Assembly: GCA_951406725.2 (NCBI GenBank)
Contig: OX597827.1
Location: 80,042,001-80,106,000 of the forward strand
DNA: 64,000 nt
Origin: Octopus vulgaris
Taxonomy: Eukaryota
Direction of reading: 5' to 3'
In this document: one piece after another, positions 1-9,920 of the stretch
Position numbering within the stretch: position 1 is the first letter of the stretch
Layout: each line of letters opens with the position of its first letter
Program-made: the position numbers and the translations under genes
The notes under the pieces: generated by a model
The model's database searches: none
The model's input: only the letters and a program-made list of their open reading frames with translations
What the model was told of the DNA's origin: nothing

Positions 1-32
1 TAATAATACCAAATAAACATTCATAGACTTAC

Positions 33-420
33 CTTCATTGTGTGTAAAATCCTTTGTTGTATAAACTGTGACTTGGTCCCAATGTTCTGTTGTTAATGGT
101 TGTCTGTGTCACTGCTGCTATGGTGTGACAATGGCTTCATGTTGATGGAATAGTGTTGGTGGTGAGTCAGTGGGAACCAGCAGTTCCCTCTCAGTCTTCC
201 TTTGTGGATGTGTGGTGTTTAGTGAGTGTGTGTGTGCAAATGCGTGTAAGAGAGAGAGAGAGAGAGGAGGGATGGGTGATGCTTGCTCCAGCCTCACACA
301 CACAAGATGCTGTGTTTCCCTCAAAGAGAAGAGGAAAGAAAGAAAGAGAACAAACAATATCAGCTCCACTAACAGTCAGCCATAAGAAGTCCATATAACA
401 CCAACATGTCTGATGTAGAG
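33..420 (-). promoter_or_regulatory. Conserved leader exon/promoter cassette, copy 0 (would serve a protocadherin left of the window)
   Basis: ~170 bp near-invariant core (33-200) ends in donor ATGAAG|GTAAGT; upstream CA/CT repeats and a second conserved motif at ~358-416; 8 copies in window; 5' limit uncertain. Confidence 0.6.
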
Positions 421-997
421 AGAGAGAGAGAGAGACTGGCATAGATATATATATATTCAGTGTTTCATACGGATCTCATATTAACAAAACATCACTGATA
501 TTGGTAAATATATTACTAACAAATGATGTTAATATAGAACAAGTTCTGGTTAAGATGTGTCTGACCTAAATATACACCCAACCTATAATGGAGGATGCAG
601 GAACAAATAGAGAAGGGATATTCTAATTTTCAGGCAGGTTTATTTTGGTATCATTTTTAAATATAATTTCCTAAGTCTTAGATTTTAATAACACTGCTGT
701 AAAAAATAGAGAAATATATTTTAAATATATTCTAATTTAATTTTAGATATATTTGAGAAATTTCATAAATATTATGCAAAATTCCTGTGTGTGTGTGTGT
801 ATTTATGGATACAAGTTGAAATCTGTCTGACTTCCAGTTAGTGTGTATGTATTGTATAGTATGCTGATATATAATATTGTAATTGTGAGGTAAAGATAAA
901 ACGTCTGTATTTTTTTAAACTTGTATGAGTGTGTGGTTAGAGGTTCGTATTTGAAATGGTATTGGTAAGGGGTCAATATTTAGTAAATGACCAGTGG

Positions 998-1116
998 TCA
1001 GTTAGTAATGACATCTGGTGTTGAAGGTAACTGTCTCTCTGGAGGTTTCACATATCTGTCTTGATACTGTTGTCTTTCGGGGTTCACTGGTGTATCCTGT
1101 TGGCTACCATAGATCC
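998..1116 (-). CDS. PCDH: Protocadherin G1 terminal coding exon B (GIYGSQQDTPVNPERQQYQDRYVKPPERQLPSTPDVITN*)
   Basis: Acceptor TTTTGCAG; phase 1 matches exon A; TGA at 1000-998; homologous exon in all 8 units. Confidence 0.85.
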
Positions 1117-1272
1117 CTGCAAAACATTGTTTTAATGTAGCAATGTCAGAAACAATCACCATCATCAGAAATACTCTAGGGACACACAGACAGAACTAAT
1201 TACATCTCAGTCTACAACAATAATTAGTAATGAATTACTGTAATATTAAATGAGAATGGATTGTTGTCCTAC

Positions 1273-1426
1273 CTGACATTGCCGGTATTTCTTCATACTG
1301 TCTACTTGACCGCTCACTCCAGCACTGTCCACTGCTCTTCCGACTGGTCAGTGTGTCAGTGGGATAGTTAGAGGATGGTCTGTTGTCTCCATAAGATGTC
1401 ACCTCAATCGGTTGACTGTATTTCTG
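1273..1426 (-). CDS. PCDH: Protocadherin G1 tail exon A (QKYSQPIEVTSYGDNRPSSNYPTDTLTSRKSSGQCWSERSSRQYEEIPAMS)
   Basis: TTTTACAG|CAG acceptor, CAG|GTAGG donor, 154 bp, phase 0 to 1, open frame, conserved in 7 units. Confidence 0.85.
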
Positions 1427-1984
1427 CTGTAAAATAAAACGGCAACCAGTTATACTGTAATGTTGTTATAGAATAAATTTGAGTAATTAAGTATTTTGAG
1501 TATATTTAATTATCCGTATATTACTTGAAGCAATTAAAAGATGTATATTTTTTCAGATACACTATGTCAGATAAAATGCTAAAGAAATGAAAAAAAAAAA
1601 TCAGGCAGTTATTGTTGACATAAGTGAGGAACACAGCGATTTAGATATTACCAACTTTGTAAAATGCTGCAAGATCTTTTGTACTCAAAGTTTGGGTAGA
1701 ATTGGAAGCCTCTAGCAAGAATTTTTGAAGTGTATTAAAGAGAACTAAATTCTTCTAAATGTTTAGACTTTAGAAAGACACTGCAGTTCATCCAATGGAT
1801 TCAGAACATTATTGATTATGATCCCAGAAAACCAGTAAAGGAGGCCATGGTGAAGGAAATTCAAGCATTGGAATGGACTCGCAGAACTGAGGTGCACAAG
1901 CACATTTGACACCTGTCCTATGTACTGAGGAGAGGCTAATTCCTGTCTCCAAAGAACCAAGAAAATCATTTGACCTGTGCCAAG

Positions 1985-2420
1985 AGGTTACTTAACGAGG
2001 TTAAAAACCCTCACAAATACATTGTACTTTGGTTCCTCTCTGATGCAAAAAACTTTCACCAAGTCAGAAGTCTCACAGGAGAAAAGGCAGATGACTATGT
2101 TGTTACTTTCTGATGTTGCAAGAGCAATGCACATTCCGTTTCCAGCAACTGTGAGTTTTAAGGCTGGTTAGTAATGAAGATAATGTCATACCACCTCACA
2201 TATTTCCACAGAGTCTTAGAATTGATGTGGTTTGAAGTGCTGGAGATAGTTGTTAAGTTCTGGATGAATGAAGTATGCAGTGGAAAATCGAAGGTGTTTC
2301 AGCTCGTCTCAACACCTTCTCACAAAGACCATGTAACCCCAGAATGTATGTCATACACTCTTTCTAATTATGTAATAACGAACATGTGGCCTCCAGACTG
2401 ACAGGTTTAAATTCCATGGG
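1985..2420 (+). mobile_element. Degenerate Tc1/mariner-type transposase remnant
   Basis: Fragments WFLSDAKTF, VFQLVSTPSHK and NMWPPD resemble the FSDEK, FQQDxAPxH and WPPxSPDLNP motifs; disrupted by stops and frameshifts. Confidence 0.65.
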
Positions 2421-2424
2421 TTAA

Positions 2425-2492
2425 GTGCTTTATACGCACTTTTGACATGTTGTGGTGCACCTCAGCTCTGCATACAATAATTATATTATTAT
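2425..2492 (+). mobile_element. 3' tail fragment of CR1-like LINE
   Basis: tgtggtgcacctcagctctgcatacaataatt plus ATT tail matches the 3' end of the element at ~20330-20418. Confidence 0.55.
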
Positions 2493-3083
2493 ATGATAAG
2501 TTTGGTGTATTGTTGAAAGATAGACTAATCAACATCTCCACAATACCAAATATAAATACACAAACGTTTATGACTGCCCATATATTGCTTGAAGCAAATA
2601 ACGATAATTTAGTGAAGGCAGATAAGTGGTTCTGGTGCCACACTGCAGTGGTCATCAAAAATGTAGGTGGATTCAAAGGATAAAAAGGTAAGAAGTCAGA
2701 ATAAATACAACAGGATATTTCATCTACTGATTCTGCCAATTCTAGGATGCTTATATCATCCACTAACAAATAAAGAAAGTCATGCTTTAGTGTAAACAGG
2801 AGAAAGTAATTAACACAAGTCATTTAAGATTGTTGTAGTGAGTCATTCCTCACTACAACAATCTACTGCCTAGCTATATACCTATGGCCACATTCTGACC
2901 AATTTACTGCCTATGGTGTTGGGTTATACAAAGTGTCTTCAAGTAAATCACATACTAAACACATGATACACAATTCTGAGAGGAAATTTTATCAGATATA
3001 TGTCACCAAGTAATGTTTATAGCAGTCAAATTATTACAACACGAAGAATATATTAAAACAAATATATTGAAAATAATACTTAC

Positions 3084-5432
3084 CCGTGTAGATTTCTGGA
3101 GTGTTCTGTTCATTGTAGACATCTTCCAGTCATCTGGATAGTAATGGCTCCTCGAATGACCATATCTGTCTGACATCTCTCCTCGATTACCTGACATCAC
3201 AGGTACACTGTTGTTACCTTGATAGATCAACTGTCTCATCTCATTGCGACATTGGTATGCCTGTTTCTCTTCTGCTGTTCTTTCAGATGAGCTATTTCTC
3301 ACATTGTTACATCTCACAATACACAGGGTTATAGAAACCACAATAGCTATAGATACTATCACAGCTGCTACTACAATGATAATCAACAATGTCGCATCTA
3401 TTGTGTTATCACTTGGTAGGTGCACAGCTGTGAACATTGGTGACGTCTTGTTACTAACAGTCAGTGTCAAAGACACACTAGTTGTTGCTGACAGAACTGG
3501 AGTACCACTGTCTTTCACAACAAACTCAAGCTCATATGATCCGGCATCATTTTGGTAAACTGTGCGAGAGTAAGATAACACACCAGTGAACGAATCCAGT
3601 TTAAATAACTGTCTCTCGTTACCTGAAACGATTTCATACCTGAGAAAAGCATTCATGTGACTGTCTATATCAGATGCTTTCAGAACTGTGATGTCGTTCT
3701 TACTTTGCGGATGATAATGGACATTAAGAGTGAAAGGGTCAACACTAGGAAATGTAAAATATGGAGCATTATCATTTCTATCCAATACTTCCACTTCAAC
3801 ATTCACTGTGTTATTCAGAGATGGGCTTCCATTGTCTTTCACAAAAACCTCAAACTCATAGAAATCTCTGTGTTCTCTGTCTAAAGACTGGTTTGTTGAA
3901 ATAAAGCCAGAGTTGATAATCTGGAATGGCAGACGATATTGCTGTTTATTTCTCAGAGAATAAGACAATTCACCTCCCTTACCAATATCTGGGTCTGTAG
4001 CATTGATAAAGCCAATAGGGAAATTAGCTTTGTCATTCTCATAGGTAAGGAACTTGAATGTGTCTTTCGTAAAGTGTGGTTCTACATCATTCACATCCAA
4101 CACTTGGATTGACAGATCTTTATCAGTTTTCAGAGCAGGTAATCCTTTATCTTCACACGACACAGTAAAGTGATAATGTTCCTGTGTCTCTCTGTCTACT
4201 GCTTTCTTTAGAACTATTTTATATTCCTTCGATCCCATTGACTGTAGTTTGAATGTGTCATCTTTGATATGACAGTTCACCTGTCCATTGTGTCCAACAT
4301 CATTGTCAGTGACCATCACATAAGCAATGAAACTACCAACTTTGATGTCTTCCAGAATGGTGGCTGTGTTGTGATTCTGTGTAGAAATATAGTTCACATC
4401 AATATTTGGAGGATTGTTCTGCTGGTTGATGACATTTACCATAACAGTTGCTATGGAACTGAGAGGAGGGTTGCCCCCATCTCTGGCTTCAATGTATAAT
4501 TTAAATGATTTCATTTTGTCAAATTGTGATTCTTTGTTTAAGAATATTTCTCCAGTTTTCTCATTTATAATAAAATTATCTTTTGATTCTGTTGACGTTG
4601 TTGGGCTGATATAATATGAAACTTTACCATTTTCTCCAATATCAGAGTCTTCTGCCATCATTACAACAACTGGTCTATTCCTTTGATGGTTATTTTGTAT
4701 AGAGACATTGTATGTTTTCTCGGAGAAAATTGGTCTGTTATCATTTTCATCTTCCACAGTTATGTGCACATTTAAGACACCTTGTTTGGGTGGAGTTCCT
4801 CCATCCTTAGCAATCACTTCTATATTATAGCTATCTTTCGTCTCTCTGTCTAACTTTTCTTGTAATATAATTTCAAGAAAAGATACTCCGTCTGCTCTTT
4901 TGAATGTGGACAAAGAAAACTGTTGGTTACTTCCCTTCAATTCATAATTCACTAATCTGTTCTGTAATCCAACATCTTTGTCAATGGCATTGGGGATGGA
5001 CTTTTTCATACCGTTTCTATCTCCTTCTCCAAATGTTAATTGAATTTCTTCGACAGGAAACTCTGGTTGATGGTCATTGATGTCTTCTATAATCACCTTA
5101 ATTTTCAATATCTTTATAAATTTGCCTGCTTTATGAACTGCTACCTTAATTGTGTGAAAGCATTCTTTCTCAAAGGTACACAGAGACTCAGCATCCAGTG
5201 TTTGTGTGGTGTATATCTTCCCAGTGTTGGTCACATTAAACAGCTGTGTTCCCTTCTGTTGCAACTGACTGAACGATAATAATGCAGTGTCCTTTAACTG
5301 GGAATCAGCAGTAATGTCTCCTATGTTGATAACAGGACTGTTCTCTTCTTTCACATGGTAAACAATGTCTTTAGAGACAGAACAGTGAAGCAGAGACTGT
5401 AATATCCATATTGCTATTAAGACCATCTTCAT
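3084..5432 (-). CDS. PCDH: Protocadherin G1 large exon (signal peptide, EC1-6, TM, proximal tail)
   Basis: Six cadherin repeats (DxNDxxP, DRE, AxDxG), EC1 C-x5-C, TM LLIIIVVAAVIVSIAIVVSITLCIV; acceptor TTTTCAG (exon starts 5460), ATG 5432, phase-0 donor CGG|GTAAGT. Confidence 0.93.
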
Positions 5433-7294
5433 TTGTTGAGTTAAATACCAGTCAATTAATCTGAAAATAAAAAAGGTACACAACTGTCAGTCACATTACA
5501 GAAACAAATAATAGATTTTTAATAGTTATTTCGTGAATTTCATTCACAATAATTTTGTAATTTTAATTGTAATTTGGGAGTTGAGTTGTAGACAATAAAA
5601 ATATAATCCACTCCATCCCAACAAGAAGAGAAAAACTCATTTGACTTGGATCAGACGTATAATTTAACAATCAGCAAAACAAAGTGAATTGTCCATCAGA
5701 TAAAAACCCAAACCAGAACACACACAGAAGAAAGACTGATATGCGAGGAAGGATGTTCATGTGTGGAAAAAACTCTTCATTGTCTTATCCCTAACACACA
5801 GCAAAAAAGACATCTTTTATTGTCTTTCTATTTCTTCCTACTTTGCCTTTATTAACCACAATAATATCTGAGACATTACTGAAGATGATGGTGTTGGTGA
5901 TGATATTATATTTGTAAAATCTTTAACAAAGCTTCATAATATCCATTGCTATCTTTAGACAGAGGGTAAGGTAGTTGCTATTATCAGCAGATCAAGCAAC
6001 AAGATTGAAGCATGCCAATGGTTCAAAGGATGACACAGAGTTACTTTCCCCCCCTCAAAGTCTGGCATTAAAACGATATAAAACAGATTTGAGAGACAAC
6101 ATAAATAAATGGAAAAACTTGGGAATTGCTATAAAAGGTGTATTTCTCTCTATAAGGTATTTAAACAAGGTCTTTCTAGTAAAAAATATGTCTGTGTGTA
6201 ATGGTGAATATATATTTCACACAATAACTTTAAACATTTACCTTATTTAATAATGACTAATAATTTGGGGAAAAGTTAAAATCACTAGGGAAATAGGGTA
6301 GAGAGGATTGTCAATGAAGAGGTCATATTAATTTAGAGAATTGGCAATTAAGGAAAAGACAAAAAATCTAAAATTAAAACTGGTCAATATTCTTCATTTA
6401 TCTATGATTCTCATGGTTGCATTGGATCAATTTTGTAAATTGTAATTAAAAATATTGAAACAAAAAGCTAGCAACATTATATATTCTCTTCCATATACAA
6501 ATGGCAATTAAGTTACAAAAATACAGTTATTACATTTTAAATGAAATAATATATTTTACAAAAAATTAAAATTAAATTACTTTTATTTTTACAAGAAATA
6601 TTGAATGACAGAAAAAGCTCCTCATTCAATACTGGAAATCTATATAAACGGCATTTAATTAAAAGATATTCATTAAACAAGACCAAAATTGGACACTGTT
6701 TCAGTATGAATACAACAAACAGATTAAAACATATAAAATCTTATATTAAATTCAGAAAGACTTAAACAATACCACAACACAATATTGATTATTTATGTTG
6801 ACACTAAACCACCATCTTGTCAACTATTCTCCCAGTTTCACTTTAATATTTTATATTAATATAACACATTCTTACATATAAACACAATAATGATACTTGA
6901 CTCTCTCAAAACATCCTTCACAAGAAACACTCAAATTCTTTTTTAAATACACACAATAAAGAACATCTTCTGGTTATATATTATACATTATCAATACTGA
7001 TAATAATAGGAAGATGTCTGCAAATAAGAGACAACAAACTGACTGGATTTAAATATATTTCACTTGAAAAATAACCATAATTAAATATTATTTCACACTT
7101 CCTAACAGCAAAATATCAATCATGAACATATAAATCTCAACAGAAAGCGTGTAACTGGCAGAGACCATCTTTAAATGTCTACTGACATAATTTCTATTTG
7201 TTATATTCTATAGTAAAAGATGGCTGAAGAAAGTTTCTACAACAATCATCAGTCAAATATCTTAATAATACAAAATAAACATTCATAGACTTAC

Positions 7295-7680
7295 ATTCAT
7301 TGTGTGTAAAATCCTTTGTTGTATAAACTGTGACTTGGTCCCAATGTTCTGTTGTTAATGGTTGTCTGTGTCACTGCTGCTATGGTGTGACAATGGCTTC
7401 ATGTTGATGGAATAGTGTTGGTGGTGAGTCAGTGGGAACCAGCAGTTCACTCTCAGTCTTCCTTTGTGGATGTGTGGTGTTTAGTGAGTGTGTGTGTGCA
7501 TATGCGTGTAAGAGAGAGAGAGAGAGAGGAGGGATGGGTGATGCTTGCTCCAGCCTCACACACACAAGATGCTGTGTTTCCCTCAAAGAGAAGAGAGAAA
7601 GAAAGAAAGAGAACAAACAATATCAGCTCCACTAACAGTCAGCCATAAGAAGTCCATATAACACCAACATGTCTGATGTA
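7295..7680 (-). promoter_or_regulatory. Conserved leader exon/promoter cassette (probable exon 1 of G1)
   Basis: Copy of 33-420; donor ATGAAT|GTAAGT; next downstream large-exon acceptor at 5460. Confidence 0.6.
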
Positions 7681-8255
7681 GAGAGAGAGAGAGACTGGCA
7701 TAGATATATATATATATTCAGTGTTTCATACGGATCTCATATTAACAAAACATCACTGATATTGGTAAATATATTACTAACAAATGATGTTGATATAGAA
7801 CAATTCTGGTTAAGATGTGTCTGACCTAAATATACATCCAACCTATAATGGAGGATGCAGGAACAAATAGAGAAGGGATATTCTAATTTTCAGGCAGGTT
7901 TATTTTGGTATCATTTTTAAATATAATTTCCTAAGTCTTAGATTTTAATAACACTGCTGTAAAAAATAGAGAAATATATTTTAAATATATTCTAAATTAA
8001 TTTTAGATATATTTGAGAAATTTCATAAATATTATGCAAAATTCCTGTGTGTGTGTGTATTTATGGATACAAGTTGAAATCTTTCTGACTTCCAGTTAGT
8101 GTGTATGTATTGTATAGTATGCTGATATATAATATTGTAATTGTGAGGTAAAGATAAAACGTCTGTATTTTTTTAAACTTGTATGAGTGTGTGGTTAGAG
8201 GTTCGTATTTGAAATGGTATTGGTAAGGGGTCAATATTTAGTAAATGACCAGTGG

Positions 8256-8374
8256 TCAGTTAGTAATGACATCTGGTGTTGAAGGTAACTGTCTCTCTGG
8301 AGGTTTCACATATCTGTCTTGATACTGTTGTCTTTCAGGGTTCACTGGTGTATCCTGTTGGCTACCATAGATCC
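8256..8374 (-). CDS. PCDH: Protocadherin G2 terminal exon B
   Basis: Near-identical to 998-1116; acceptor TTTTGCAG; TGA at 8258-8256. Confidence 0.85.
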
Positions 8375-8544
8375 CTGCAAAACATTGTTTTAATGTAGCA
8401 ATGTCTGAAACAATTATCATCATCAGAAATACTCTAGGGACACACAGACAGAACTAATTACATCTCAGAGTATACAACAATAATTAGTACAATAATTAGT
8501 AATGAATTACTGTAATATTAAATGAGAATAGATTGTTGTCCTAC

Positions 8545-8698
8545 CTGACATTGCTGGTATTTCTTCATACTGTCTGCTTGACCGCTCACTCCAGCACTGT
8601 CCACTGCTCTTACGACTGGTCAATGTGTCAGTGGGATAGTGAGAAGATGGTCTGTTGTCTCCATAAGATGTCACCTCAATCGGTTGACTGTATTTCTG
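8545..8698 (-). CDS. PCDH: Protocadherin G2 tail exon A
   Basis: 154 bp, CAGCAG acceptor, GTAGG donor, encodes QYEEIP. Confidence 0.85.
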
Positions 8699-9920
8699 CT
8701 GTAAAATATTATTGAATCCAGTTATAACAAAATGACGTGCCTCTGTAATCTAAAATATGCTTAGTACAAAATTCTAAAAGAAACAGATTTAACTGTCACA
8801 TAGGTAATAGTATCACTATATCATCTAAATATATTTTACATGTTTCTTTATTAAACAATTGTTTATGAAATAATTCAGAAACTCATTTTGCCACAATCCA
8901 CAATGAATGCGAATAACGTCACACATACACCATGAGAAGGGATATATGAAGGTGTTTTCATAACAAATATTGATCAAATATTAATAGAAATTCATAAAGA
9001 GAAAATTATTGGTGAGATACTTCCAGAAGTTATGTAATATGAAACAACATTGCTAGGGACCTGCAGTTGAAATGATGCTATATTAGACTGTTCTTAAAAG
9101 TGCCATGTATCAACATAGCATCTTTCATATCTTATTAAATATTATTACAGTGAATCTATTAGCTGATCTTACATTCATTTACAGCAATCCACTTTCATTA
9201 TCTGTCCAGAGTCATTTGTATGGTGAACCAGCTGTTATTTCCTGAGATTAGAGATGTGATTTCCAACTATACTATGTGATCAATGTCAGCTAACATGAAG
9301 TCAGGTCTGTCATCCAGTTTGAGAATATGTGTCAACTTAAATTTCTCAAGTTCTTGGAAGAGCTCTTGGTATTCAGACAGAACCCACACCAACAGAAAAA
9401 TGAAGGGCTGAAATACTGTTATTGATATTCATCAATGGTAAAACTTTACAACTTGTTCCATTCAAGAGGGAATCTTTCAATCAGGATATATACAGACGTT
9501 ACTGTGTGATTTTTTTCACTATTTCCTACAAAGTGTACCCTGTAAGCAAATCAGCATTCAATTTGTTCACAAACTATACAATGTATGGAACATTAGATGA
9601 ATGTCTACCTCCATCCAGCAGAATGACCTTTATCAAGATTCAAATGGTTAACTAGCATCTTCCAGCAGCCGAAATATGGTTTCAGAAAGAGTTAGTAGTT
9701 TATGATGCGTTGCATATTGTGTACTATAACTTTTAATCGACAATCTTTTCTACAAAATGATCTTCTTTCATAACAATTCTGCTTAAGCAATAACAATGCA
9801 AAATGACATAATTTAGCAGTTGTAATTCATACAACATTACATTTATCCAAAGATGAAACAAATAAGGCATTAAATTTGGAGATTATTTACTTGAAGATGT
9901 TTACTGGAAATAGAGCTTAC

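Noticed and set aside
358-380. CTCF/CSE-like motif (TTAGTGGAGCTG) upstream of the leader core
   Set aside because: Several mismatches at key CTCF positions and altered in the 32574 and 42798 copies; not supportable without a PWM scan or ChIP
118-398. ORFs over the leader cassette (…ERELLVPTDSPPTLFHQHEAIVTP* and plus-strand ORFs) as a small gene or extra coding exon
   Set aside because: No consistent start or acceptor; frames are broken by microsatellite length and 1 bp indels in other copies; conservation continues past the stop to the donor
1315-1345. GQCWS as the delta-protocadherin CM2 motif (GHSDxCWMP)
   Set aside because: Only the CW dipeptide matches; insufficient
3244-4614. Recurrent plus-strand ORFs (MRHWYAC…, MTVYIRC…, MTVHLSI…) in every unit
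   Set aside because: Antisense shadows of the homogenised protocadherin coding strand, mostly with non-ATG starts
3003-5483. ORF-track starts and stops as true protocadherin termini (single-exon genes)
   Set aside because: N-terminal extensions run through acceptor polypyrimidine tracts and C-terminal ends run past a conserved phase-0 GT donor into non-conserved intron
6038-6052. gagttact(t)ccc motif recurring in intron 1 of G1, G2, G3 (~19252) and G5 (~41112)
   Set aside because: Short, not found in the other units, and likely repeat-derived
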